Positions 46,537-55,525 of a stretch of DNA of 64,000 nucleotides are shown here, piece after piece. The notes under the pieces are model-generated. The model saw only the letters and a list, made by a program, of their open reading frames with translations, was not told where the DNA came from and did not search any database. Position numbers and translations under genes: made by a program. The stretch spans positions 19,339 to 83,338 of the forward strand of contig JASMBU010000005.1 of assembly GCA_030753675.1 (NCBI GenBank), read 5' to 3'. The DNA is from Methylococcales bacterium (lineage in GTDB: Bacteria; Pseudomonadota; Gammaproteobacteria; Methylococcales; Methylomonadaceae). The stretch's first letter is position 1. Each line of letters opens with the position of its first letter.

Positions 46537-46986
46537 TTAGTTAACAGAATTGGGTGTAGATTGTTGTTGGACATGTTGAGCATATGCAGCATCAAAATTA
46601 ACCGGGGCCAAAAGAAGTTGTGGAAACCCACCTTTTGAAACCAGATCTGAAATAGCTTCTCGGGCATAAGGAAAAAGGGCGTTAGGGGCATAACTGCCGA
46701 GTAAGGGGGCGCGTTCAGTATCTGAGAAACCTTTGAGTGTAAAAATTCCGGCTTGTACGACTTCAGCAAGGTAGGCGACTTGCTCATCAACTTTCACGGT
46801 TACCGTGACCGTAATAGCAACTTCAAAGACATCATCTTCAAGAGGATCAACGTGAGTGCCTAGGTTGAAATCAACCTTGGGCTGCCATTTTGAGGTAAAA
46901 ATTTTAGGTGAGTTTGGGGTTTCAAAGGAAACATCTTTACAGAAAATTTTTTGTATTGAGAACTGTTTTTCTTCTTGTTCAGCCAT
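46537..46986 (-). CDS. secB: Protein-export chaperone SecB
   Basis: 149 aa. FSIQKIFCKDVSFETPNSP and NALFPYAREAISDLVSKGGFPQLLLAPVNFDA are canonical SecB sequences. Confidence 0.95.
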   Translation of the reverse strand: MAEQEEKQFSIQKIFCKDVSFETPNSPKIFTSKWQPKVDFNLGTHVDPLEDDVFEVAITVTVTVKVDEQVAYLAEVVQAGIFTLKGFSDTERAPLLGSYAPNALFPYAREAISDLVSKGGFPQLLLAPVNFDAAYAQHVQQQSTPNSVN

Positions 46987-47018
46987 TTTGTGACTACCGG
47001 AATGAGTAAGTTAAGGGA

Positions 47019-47450
47019 CTAGGATTTGCTTTTGGTGGTGGGTAGGTGTTGTTCGTCCCATGCCTTAAGTCCACCCGCTAGGTTAATCACTTGATGAAAT
47101 CCTAGCCTATAAAGTTTTTTGCAGGCTTGAGGAGATTGTGCGCCGGTTTGACAAAAAACCAGTAATGGTTTTTCTTTAAACGGTTCTAATTGACCGAGGC
47201 TGGTCTCAAGTTTAGCAAGAGGAATGCTCATGGCATTTTCTAAGTGCTCTTTTTTATGGTCAGCAGCTTGGCTTACGTCAACAATAGTGACTTCTGTTTC
47301 ATTCATATGCATGACGGCTTCAACCGGTGTCATGGATTGGAACCGTTTAAAAACATTGTCTAATAATTCTTGCATAACAAGATAAAGTACAACAACGAAG
47401 GCAATAAACAACATCCAGTGGTTGCCGATAAATTCAATAACGCGTTCCAT
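47019..47450 (-). CDS. Membrane-anchored rhodanese-domain sulfurtransferase (YibN-like)
   Basis: N-terminal TM segment (HWMLFIAFVVVLYLV) plus a rhodanese domain with active-site loop CQTGAQS. Sits upstream of secB-gpsA, where E. coli has yibN. Confidence 0.8.
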   Translation of the reverse strand: MERVIEFIGNHWMLFIAFVVVLYLVMQELLDNVFKRFQSMTPVEAVMHMNETEVTIVDVSQAADHKKEHLENAMSIPLAKLETSLGQLEPFKEKPLLVFCQTGAQSPQACKKLYRLGFHQVINLAGGLKAWDEQHLPTTKSKS

Positions 47451-47849
47451 AAAAAAACCTAATATAAAATATTTTTAAAAAATCACAATGGTGTTGTGAA
47501 GCTATATAACGAGGATAATTTTGTATTTTAACAATAAAAAACAGTGGTTGCGATTATATCTGTTAATTAAAACCGTAATTAATGATCGATTGAGTTTTTT
47601 ATCCTTTTTTCAAAAGGAATTAGATGAAAAAAGGAGGCCAAGCGTGATGGTAATTAGCGGGTTATAAGATTGATTGTAGTTATTTTTGTTAAGGGTGCGT
47701 TTTAAAAAAGGTATGGGGAAATGGCGTGTTCAAAATTGTGCTGCTCAGGTAAAATATCAAGATAATTATTCCAATTGATTTGTTCACGCTCTTTTTTGGA
47801 ATGTTGAGTGTTTTTATCGAAGATCATTTTTTTGAAGAGGAATTATATT

Positions 47850-49385
47850 ATGTCAAGTACCCCAAAGCCTGTTGCGTTAATCATTTTAGACGGATTTGGT
47901 CATCGTGAAGAACAAAGTCCGGATAATGCTATTGCACAGGCCAATATGCCGTGTTGGGATTACTTAAAGAAGACTTATTCTTCTACTTTACTCGAGTGTT
48001 CAGGGGAGAAAGTAGGGTTGCCTGCGGGACAAATGGGTAATTCTGAAGTAGGTCATGTGCATATTGGTTCGGGTCAATTTGTACCGCAAGATTTTCTTAA
48101 AGTGGATATCGAAATAGAAAATGGTAATTTTTTTGAAAATCAGGCGTTAAATGATTCCGTAGATCATGCCCTAGAAAATGATTCTGCATTACATGTCATG
48201 GGGTTATTGTCGCCGGGCGGGGTTCATAGTCATGAACGCCAGATTTACGCGATGATAGAATTAGCCCAGCGGAAAGGGTTGACGAAAGTTTTTGCGCATG
48301 CTTTTTTAGATGGCCGTGATGTGCCGCCTAAAAGTGCAGATGTTTCGCTTAAAGGGTTACAAGATAAGATTGATACCTTGGGTGTGGGGCATATTGCCAG
48401 TGTGATTGGTCGTTTTTATGTTATGGATCGGGATAACAATTGGGAGCGGGTTGAAAAAGCCTATCAATTATTAGTTCTAGGGCAGGCTGAATTTTCGGTT
48501 GAAACCGTTGAGCAAGCTATCAATGATGCCTATGCTCGTGGTGAAACCGATGAGTTTGTTCAAGCAACAAGCGTGCTTGATCAGACTGGAGGTGCGGTCA
48601 AATTTAATGATAATGATGCGGTTGTTTTTATGAATTTTAGAGCGGATAGAGCAAGAGAAATCGTACGGTCTTTTGCGCCTGATTTTTCAGAGTTTGACCG
48701 ACAAGGAACACAGCCACGTCTATTTTTAACCACGTTGGTTGAATACCATAAAGATTTTGAGTTTCCTGTTGCTTATCGTTCACAGAAAATTGTTAATGGA
48801 TTTGGTGAAGTATTGGCCAATAAAGGGTTGAAACAACTTCGGTTAGCAGAAACGGAAAAATATGCGCACGTGACTTTCTTTTTTAACGGCGGGGTAGAGC
48901 AGCCAAATGAAGGGGAAGACAGGATTTTGATCCCTTCGCCAAAAGTTAAAACCTATGATTTACAACCTGAAATGAGTGCAGAGGAAGTGACCGATCGGTT
49001 GGTTGAAGCGATTGAAGGCGATTACTATGATGCCATTGTTTGTAATTATGCTAATTGTGACATGGTCGGGCATACCGGTAATCTTGAGGCGTCTATTAAG
49101 GCGGTTGAAATGATTGATCGTTGTTTAGAGCGTGTTTATACCGCGCTTAAAGGTGTCGGCGGTGAAATGTTGATTACCGCTGATCATGGTAATATCGAAA
49201 AATTATTTGATGTAGGCACACAGCAATCGCATACTGCGCATACTAGCAATTTAGTCCCATTGGTATATGTCGGTGTAGATAGGGCGTTGTCACCAGAGGG
49301 TTCTTTAACGGATTTAGCGCCGACATTGTTAACGATGATGGGTATAGAAAAACCGGAAGAAATGACAGGGTCGTCATTGTTGTAG
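47850..49385 (+). CDS. gpmI: 2,3-bisphosphoglycerate-independent phosphoglycerate mutase
   Basis: PVALIILDGFG, MGNSEVGH, and CNYANCDMVGHTG motifs. Start at ATG 47850. Confidence 0.95.
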   Translation: MSSTPKPVALIILDGFGHREEQSPDNAIAQANMPCWDYLKKTYSSTLLECSGEKVGLPAGQMGNSEVGHVHIGSGQFVPQDFLKVDIEIENGNFFENQALNDSVDHALENDSALHVMGLLSPGGVHSHERQIYAMIELAQRKGLTKVFAHAFLDGRDVPPKSADVSLKGLQDKIDTLGVGHIASVIGRFYVMDRDNNWERVEKAYQLLVLGQAEFSVETVEQAINDAYARGETDEFVQATSVLDQTGGAVKFNDNDAVVFMNFRADRAREIVRSFAPDFSEFDRQGTQPRLFLTTLVEYHKDFEFPVAYRSQKIVNGFGEVLANKGLKQLRLAETEKYAHVTFFFNGGVEQPNEGEDRILIPSPKVKTYDLQPEMSAEEVTDRLVEAIEGDYYDAIVCNYANCDMVGHTGNLEASIKAVEMIDRCLERVYTALKGVGGEMLITADHGNIEKLFDVGTQQSHTAHTSNLVPLVYVGVDRALSPEGSLTDLAPTLLTMMGIEKPEEMTGSSLL

Positions 49386-49386
49386 C

Positions 49387-50538
49387 GTGTTTTTTCGTTA
49401 TGGAAGAAGGGCGCTAGGTTTTTTTCTATTAGTTCTGAGTCAAGGCAGTGCGGCTAATATGGCTGAAAAAAGTCAGCATTTGTTAGCCGTTCAATCCAGT
49501 ATCAGAGTATTAGATCGTCGTGTTAATGAGATCAGTGTTGAAAAGCAAGATTTGGTTGATCGGTTAGCATCGGTTGAAAAAAGCATGGGCAACAGTGCGG
49601 CGCGATTAAAACAGTTAAAAAAGCAGGTGCGTCAGAGTGAGCAAGCACGGCTTCAACTGGGCATTGAAATTCAGTCGTTGTTACAGTTATTGGTTGTGCA
49701 GCGTGAACATCTACAAGAGCAGATCAATGCCGCTTATATTCTTGGTAAGCAGAGTCGTTTAAAGCTGATCCTTAATCAGGAAGATCCCGCTCGAACAAGC
49801 CGTATGATGATTTATTACGGCTATCTTAATCAGGCACGGGTAGAAAGGTTACAAGCGGTTAAGGTCAGCCTTGAAAAGCTAAAAGCATTGCAGATTCTGG
49901 AAAAAATCCATTTGAAAGAGTTCCAGTCACTTGTGGTAGAACAAACCCAAGAATGTGAGCTACTTGAAAAAAACCTCAGCCAGCGCCAACAGCTACTTAT
50001 GTCATTGGTGTCTGACGAACAAGATCAACTGAAGGCATTAGTGCTATTGAAAATGGATGAAAAACGGTTGCAGCAATTGTTTTTAGAAATCCAAGAGTCT
50101 ATGGATGACTTTCCTTACGAGTTGAATATCGCTCAAGAGTTTAGTGAGCAGCGGGGGCGTTTGGGATGGCCGGTGTCAGGGGCGGTTATCAAAACATTTG
50201 GTGCGCGTCGTTCGGCCAGTCGATGGGACGGTATTGTTATCAGTGCAGAAGAAGGCGTCGAGGTTAAAAGCGTTTCTCGAGGGCGCGTTGTTTTCTCTGA
50301 CTGGTTAAGAGGCTATGGCCTAATGATTATTATCGATCATGGCAAAGATTTTATGACCCTTTATGCTTTTAATCAAAGTTTGTATAAAGACGTAGGTGAC
50401 TGGGTTGATGTAGGCGATGTGATTGCCACTGTCGGTAAAAGTGGTGGTCGAAATACTGCAGGGCTTTATTTTGGTGTTCGAGATCAAGGGAGTCCTCTTG
50501 ATCCTCAAAAATGGTTAAAATCACTCAGTATTCATTAG
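49387..50538 (+). CDS. envC: Murein hydrolase activator EnvC-like (coiled-coil plus M23/LytM domain)
   Basis: Signal peptide, a long Q/L-rich coiled-coil and a C-terminal LytM domain (GIVISAEEG..V.SVSRGRVVFSDWLRGYGLMIIIDHG). Follows gpmI, as in E. coli. Confidence 0.85.
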   Translation: MFFRYGRRALGFFLLVLSQGSAANMAEKSQHLLAVQSSIRVLDRRVNEISVEKQDLVDRLASVEKSMGNSAARLKQLKKQVRQSEQARLQLGIEIQSLLQLLVVQREHLQEQINAAYILGKQSRLKLILNQEDPARTSRMMIYYGYLNQARVERLQAVKVSLEKLKALQILEKIHLKEFQSLVVEQTQECELLEKNLSQRQQLLMSLVSDEQDQLKALVLLKMDEKRLQQLFLEIQESMDDFPYELNIAQEFSEQRGRLGWPVSGAVIKTFGARRSASRWDGIVISAEEGVEVKSVSRGRVVFSDWLRGYGLMIIIDHGKDFMTLYAFNQSLYKDVGDWVDVGDVIATVGKSGGRNTAGLYFGVRDQGSPLDPQKWLKSLSIH

Positions 50539-50746
50539 TTTAATGTTTTCCTAGTTCTTTTTAGAAAGAACGCGTGTTTTAAATCTATCCAATTCTAAAA
50601 ATCAGTCAATTCTGGGTTGATTGAGCCTGTTGATATTTTCTATTGTGAGTTGATAAATTCAATCGTAATTTTTCTATTTTTTTATGATCTTGTGTTGTTT
50701 TATCAAGATTACTTCTTCTAAAAAAGAGTATGAAAATACAAACTGA

Positions 50747-50977
50747 TTTGTAAAGTCATATTTCAGCAGTGACTTTTCGCAATTAGATGCCTTAACTGTT
50801 GACGATATAAGCTCACTGGTTATAACAAGTATTGGTAAAAGAGAGACGCAAATAACCTATAGTAATGAAGATAATGTTGTTGAGAGAGTTACTACCTTGG
50901 CAAGAGTTGGGTTGGACGATCTAAGCGTTTCTGATTTTGTTTTTTCTACGGATATAGATTCTTCAGCCGTGGTTTAA
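50747..50977 (+). pseudogene. Start-less ORF resembling the C-terminus of an RTX/T1SS-type secreted protein (probable gene relic)
   Basis: 76 sense codons between TGA (50744-50746) and TAA (50975-50977), with no ATG/GTG start. Translation: ...FSSDFSQLDALTVDDISSLVITSIGKRETQITYSNEDNVVERVTTLARVGLDDLSVSDFVFSTDIDSSAVV. The ending (...L..V.LDDLSVSDFVF) recalls C-termini of Ca-binding RTX-type proteins. An ATG at 50730 is out of frame (MKIQTDL*), so a -1 shift would be needed to use it. Confidence 0.3.
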
Positions 50978-51122
50978 TTTTCAGTTCGCTTTAGAAGCGC
51001 TGTTTTATGCTGTTTATGCGCTTTAAAAAATAAGATTCGTGTAGATAAACTATTTATTCCGGTATAAAAGTCGATAAAATAGAGCCAAGATAAAAAATAT
51101 AATTTTCTTGGGATTAAAAAAT

Positions 51123-52421
51123 ATGTTTACGTTCAGATTTTTCTTCTTTCTAGCCCTTTGTGTTAGTTCTTTGTTGGGAAGTTCAATGGTCGTTTCTGCA
51201 GAGCAGGAGACTCAAGACCCCTCAGGTTTGCCTTATGAGAACTTACAAATATTTACTGAAATTTTTGCGCGTATTAAACAAGATTATGTAGAAACGGTAT
51301 CAGATGAGCAGTTATTGGAAGATGCTGTCAGAGGGATGCTGGTTGGCTTGGATCCACATTCATCTTATTTGAATGAAGAGGAATACAAAGATTTAAAAGT
51401 GGGCACGTCGGGTGAATTTGGCGGGCTCGGTATAGAAGTCACTATGGAAGATGGTTTTGTCAAGGTGGTCTCACCTATTGATGATACGCCGGCCCAAAAG
51501 GCAGGTTTATTGTCAGGGGATATTATTGTACGTCTCGATGAAAAGCCGGTTAAAGGCATGACGCTTAATGATGCGGTTAAAATTATGCGTGGCAAACCGG
51601 GTAGCAGTCTGTTTCTGACCATTATTCGGGAAGGCGAAAGTGCGCCACTGAAGAAAACAATTGTGCGCGCAATCATCAGCGTTAAAAGTGTTAAATTCAG
51701 AATGCTGGAAGAAGGCTTTGGTTATGTTCGAATCAGTAACTTCCAAATGAAAACTGGTGCTAATTTAAAAGAAGCGGTTGAAGCATTAAAGAGCGAAAAT
51801 AAAGAGGGTTTAAAAGGCTTGGTGTTAGATCTTCGTAATAACCCTGGCGGGGTTTTGAATGCGGCTGTTGAAGTGAGTGATAGCTTTCTGGAAAAAGGAT
51901 TAATTGTTTATACCCAAGGCCGTATAGAACATTCAGCGCTTAAATTTAATGCAGTACCTGGAGAATTGTTAGACGGTGCGCCCATCGTGGTGTTGATTAA
52001 TTCAGGGTCAGCATCGGCTTCTGAGATTGTCGCCGGAGCGCTTCAAGACCATAAGCGCGCAGTGATTATGGGTAATAAATCTTTTGGTAAGGGTTCGGTT
52101 CAGACCATTATGCCGACCAGTGATGGTGGGGCAGTAAAATTAACTACGGCGCGATACTACACGCCTTCGGGTCGGTCGATTCAGGCAGAAGGGATTGATC
52201 CTGATATTGTTTTAGGGCGAGTTAAGTTTGAGTCTCTCGAGGAGCCTGTCTTTGCACCGGTTAAAGAATCAGATTTGTCTGGGCATTTAACCCAAGGCGA
52301 GGAAAAAGATAAGCAGTCCAAAGACGACACCGATCAAGCAAAAAAAGTGATACCAACGGTAAAGGATTATCCCTTGAATCAGGCGTTAACATTACTTAAA
52401 GGAATGAATATTCTGAAATAG
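51123..52421 (+). CDS. ctpA: Carboxy-terminal processing protease (S41 family, CtpA/Prc-like)
   Basis: Signal peptide, PDZ domain (GGLGIEV...SPIDDTPAQKAGLLSGDIIV), the catalytic Ser region GSASASEIVAGALQD, and the Lys region SFGKGSVQ. Confidence 0.9.
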   Translation: MFTFRFFFFLALCVSSLLGSSMVVSAEQETQDPSGLPYENLQIFTEIFARIKQDYVETVSDEQLLEDAVRGMLVGLDPHSSYLNEEEYKDLKVGTSGEFGGLGIEVTMEDGFVKVVSPIDDTPAQKAGLLSGDIIVRLDEKPVKGMTLNDAVKIMRGKPGSSLFLTIIREGESAPLKKTIVRAIISVKSVKFRMLEEGFGYVRISNFQMKTGANLKEAVEALKSENKEGLKGLVLDLRNNPGGVLNAAVEVSDSFLEKGLIVYTQGRIEHSALKFNAVPGELLDGAPIVVLINSGSASASEIVAGALQDHKRAVIMGNKSFGKGSVQTIMPTSDGGAVKLTTARYYTPSGRSIQAEGIDPDIVLGRVKFESLEEPVFAPVKESDLSGHLTQGEEKDKQSKDDTDQAKKVIPTVKDYPLNQALTLLKGMNILK

Positions 52422-52446
52422 ATTCTTAAAGTTAGGTGCTATAGGT

Positions 52447-53211
52447 ATGTCGATATTGAGGCGGTTTGTTCATTGTTTTTTTTGCCTTGGCGTTATCATT
52501 TTTAATGCCGATGTTTTGGCGCAAGACAAACCGGCTATTGCTATTGTTATTGATGACATGGGGTATGATAATGCCTTAGGTCAGAGAGCTATTGACCTGC
52601 CCGGTGCGCTCACGTTCTCTTTTTTGCCTTACGCACCCTTTACTCCAGAATTAGCAGAAAATGCATTTTCTCACGGCAAAGAAGTTTTGGCGCATATTCC
52701 CATGCAATCTTTTGAGCCTAAAAAGCTAGGTAAAGATGGGCTGACGTGGGCGATGGATAAAAATGAGTTAACGCAGAAGTTAATCACCCAAATCGCTGAG
52801 GTTCCTCATGCTATAGGGGTGAATAATCATATGGGAAGTTTGTTAACGCAAGACAGAGAATCTATGCAATGGGTCGTAGCAGCTTTGCAAGGTTCAACGA
52901 CAGAAGGGTTGTTTTTTCTTGATAGCCGAACGACAAAATATACCGTTGTAGAGACGGTGGCCCTTGAATCAGGTTTGGCGACCGCGAGAAGAGATATTTT
53001 TTTTGACCATACAGATGATGAGCATGCTATCAAAGAGCAGTTTGAATCATTGGTCAGTTTAGCAAAAGAGAAAGGTTTTGCAATTGGCATTGGGCATCCA
53101 AAAAGCAAAACGCTAAAAGTTTTATTTGAGGTTTTAAACCAGCTGGATGATTACGGTGTTGTTTTAGTGCCGATTTCTCAACGGTGGGTAAGAAAAGCTC
53201 CCAATACCTGA
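52447..53211 (+). CDS. Divergent polysaccharide deacetylase family protein (YibQ-like)
   Basis: Signal peptide, IAIVIDDMGY and INNHMGS motifs. Lies downstream of envC/ctpA, as in other gammaproteobacteria. Confidence 0.8.
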   Translation: MSILRRFVHCFFCLGVIIFNADVLAQDKPAIAIVIDDMGYDNALGQRAIDLPGALTFSFLPYAPFTPELAENAFSHGKEVLAHIPMQSFEPKKLGKDGLTWAMDKNELTQKLITQIAEVPHAIGVNNHMGSLLTQDRESMQWVVAALQGSTTEGLFFLDSRTTKYTVVETVALESGLATARRDIFFDHTDDEHAIKEQFESLVSLAKEKGFAIGIGHPKSKTLKVLFEVLNQLDDYGVVLVPISQRWVRKAPNT

Positions 53212-53277
53212 GTCGTTGCAATCGTCAGGTGATGGGAGTGTTATCTATAATATAGGTGGGTGTTTTAGATAAAATTA

Positions 53278-53724
53278 TTATTGGTAGTAAACAGTGAACT
53301 CATCAAGTGCTGAGAGCACCCCTTCAGCCTGTGAGTCATCCTCGTTTGTGAGTACGAAAGCATTAAAGCCGACTCGACTCAGATAATAGACTTGGTCGCG
53401 GTGAAAATCGCCCGTGGCTCTGATTTCGCCTTTAAATTGATAGCGATCTCGTAGTAATTGCGCTCTTGAGAAATTTCTTCCATCGGTAAAAACAGCGAAA
53501 TTTAAGGCAATTAAACTAAAATGCTCAAGGTCGCTGAGAAGCGCGTCGAGATCATCTTCGATGTTTATGGAAACACCTATTGCCCCTGCGTGGTTTAATA
53601 ATGTTTCTTTGTCAGTTAGCCAGCGGTTGTAGGTGACAACAATATCCCCATCGGGAATGATTGTGTCATCTGCAATCTGAGTCCATGAGTCTGTGATAAT
53701 TTCTCTGTTCTTAATTAGGTGCAT
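53278..53724 (-). CDS. DUF934-domain protein (sulfite-reductase-associated)
   Basis: About 148 aa. FAVFTDGRNFSRAQLLRDRYQFKGEIRATGDFHRDQVYYLSRVGFNAF matches the DUF934 core (F.DGRgyS.A.lLR...y.GElRA.GDv..DQ). The start at ATG 53724 overlaps the cysI stop. Confidence 0.75.
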   Translation of the reverse strand: MHLIKNREIITDSWTQIADDTIIPDGDIVVTYNRWLTDKETLLNHAGAIGVSINIEDDLDALLSDLEHFSLIALNFAVFTDGRNFSRAQLLRDRYQFKGEIRATGDFHRDQVYYLSRVGFNAFVLTNEDDSQAEGVLSALDEFTVYYQ

Positions 53725-55363
53725 ATACTTTATCTTTAAAAGGGCTAATACCAATACGGTTTACAGTGGCCAAGAAATTTTCATCCTCAAGCCGTTTTTC
53801 AAGGTAAACCTCAAGAATAGTTTTAATGGTTGGAGTGATTTCATCTTTGCTGATAGCGGGTCCTAAACGGCGACCGAGTGTAGCGTTTTCATCAGAAGAT
53901 CCCCCAAGAGTGATTTGATACCATTCGACACCTTTTTTGTCGACACCTAAGATACCTATGTTACCTACACTTTGGTGGGCACAACCATTCATACAACCGG
54001 AAAGATTTATTTTTAGGTCACCTAAATCATGGATGTAATCCATGTTATCAAATAAGTTATTGATATCTTGTGCAATATCGATTGAACCGGCATTTGCCAG
54101 TGCACAGTAATCAAGTCCGGGGCAACAGATCATATCTGTGATGCAGTTAATGTTGGGTGTGGCTAGATTTAACACATCAAGTTGTTGCCATAAGGAATAT
54201 AAGTTAGCCTGTTCAATATCGGCTAAAACAAGATTTTGTCGATGTGTGCTACGGATAAACCCAAAACTGAATTGGTCAGCCAGATCAGCGAGTGCATCCA
54301 GTTGTTGATGGGTAGTGTCACCCGGCGGGGTATCGGGTGCTTTTAATGAAACGTAAGCGATGCGGTAGCCGGAATTTTTATGCGTAACAGTATTATGTTT
54401 ATACCATAGTGCAAAAGCAGTATCGTTTGCCAAGTGTTGCTCGTGACTGAGATCAGATTTGGCCGTTGTTGAGTAAGCGGGTTCTGAAAAATGACTTTTA
54501 ACGTCATCAATACGATCTTCGGTTAATTCCATGCCGTTTTTAATCGCTTGCCACTCGGTTTCAACCATTTTGGTAAAGGCTTCAACCCCTGTTTCTCTCA
54601 CTAATATTTTGATACGGGCTTTATACTTGTTGTCTCGACGACCATTTAAGTTGTAGACGCGTACGATAGCCTCCAAAAAAGAGAGCAAATGTTTTTTCTC
54701 AAGATAAGGACGGATCACTTGACCGATAATTGGTGTGCGTCCTAAGCCGCCACCCACAAGAACTTTAAAGCCAATGGTGCCCGTTTCATCTTCAACCAGA
54801 TGTAGGCCGATGTCGTGAAGTTGTGTGGCTGCGCGGTCTTGTGTTGATGCGCTTACGGCTATTTTAAATTTACGTGGGAGATAGGCAAACTCAGGATGTA
54901 GTGTCGTCCATTGTCTAATAATTTCGCAATAAGGTCTTGGATCTTCAATTTCATCGAGGCAGACACCCGCTAAAGGATCACTGGTTGTGTTTCTTAGGCA
55001 GTTTCCGCTGGTTTGGATCGCGTGCATTTGAACGCTTGCTAATTCCTCCAATAAATCGGGCACTCTTTCTAGTTCTGGCCAGTTGTATTGTATATTTTGG
55101 CGGGTCGTAAAGTGCGCGAACCCTTTATCGTAATCACGAGCAATGCTTGCTAGTTTTCGAAATTGGCTGGCAGAAAACAAACCATACGGACCAGCTACCC
55201 GTAACATGGGCGCGTGAGTTTGGATATAGAGTCCATTCATAAGTCGTAGCGCCCTGAATTCATCATCAGGAATCTCGCCTTTTAGAAATCGCTCAGTTTG
55301 GTCGCGGTATTGTATAACGCGATCGTCAACAATTTTTTGGTCAATATCGTTGTATTGGTACAT
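53711..55363 (-). CDS. cysI: Sulfite reductase hemoprotein (nitrite/sulfite reductase family, CysI-type)
   Basis: 550 aa. Siroheme/4Fe-4S ligand clusters CPGLDYCALA and SGCMNGCAHQ, and a duplicated NIR_SIR ferredoxin-like/4Fe-4S architecture. Confidence 0.88.
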   Translation of the reverse strand: MYQYNDIDQKIVDDRVIQYRDQTERFLKGEIPDDEFRALRLMNGLYIQTHAPMLRVAGPYGLFSASQFRKLASIARDYDKGFAHFTTRQNIQYNWPELERVPDLLEELASVQMHAIQTSGNCLRNTTSDPLAGVCLDEIEDPRPYCEIIRQWTTLHPEFAYLPRKFKIAVSASTQDRAATQLHDIGLHLVEDETGTIGFKVLVGGGLGRTPIIGQVIRPYLEKKHLLSFLEAIVRVYNLNGRRDNKYKARIKILVRETGVEAFTKMVETEWQAIKNGMELTEDRIDDVKSHFSEPAYSTTAKSDLSHEQHLANDTAFALWYKHNTVTHKNSGYRIAYVSLKAPDTPPGDTTHQQLDALADLADQFSFGFIRSTHRQNLVLADIEQANLYSLWQQLDVLNLATPNINCITDMICCPGLDYCALANAGSIDIAQDINNLFDNMDYIHDLGDLKINLSGCMNGCAHQSVGNIGILGVDKKGVEWYQITLGGSSDENATLGRRLGPAISKDEITPTIKTILEVYLEKRLEDENFLATVNRIGISPFKDKVYAPN

Positions 55364-55525
55364 GTTTTACAAGGCTAACGTTTATTAGGGAAAGAGTTTC
55401 AGTCGACAATGATATACCTCTATAGAGGAAATGAAAAGTTTAATAAAAAGTGTTAGAATTGTAAGTTTAATCAGAGTAGGTTGGAAAATTATTCTGAAAT
55501 TTGATTTTAATTAAAGGGGGCTAGT

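Noticed and set aside
47451-47849. A 400-bp AT-rich gap between the rhodanese gene and gpmI, examined for a missing grxC, an sRNA or a small ORF.
   Set aside because: It contains only trivial ORFs (for example MKKGGQA*) and a weak AT hairpin. This is consistent with a divergent promoter region, and nothing else could be supported by eye.
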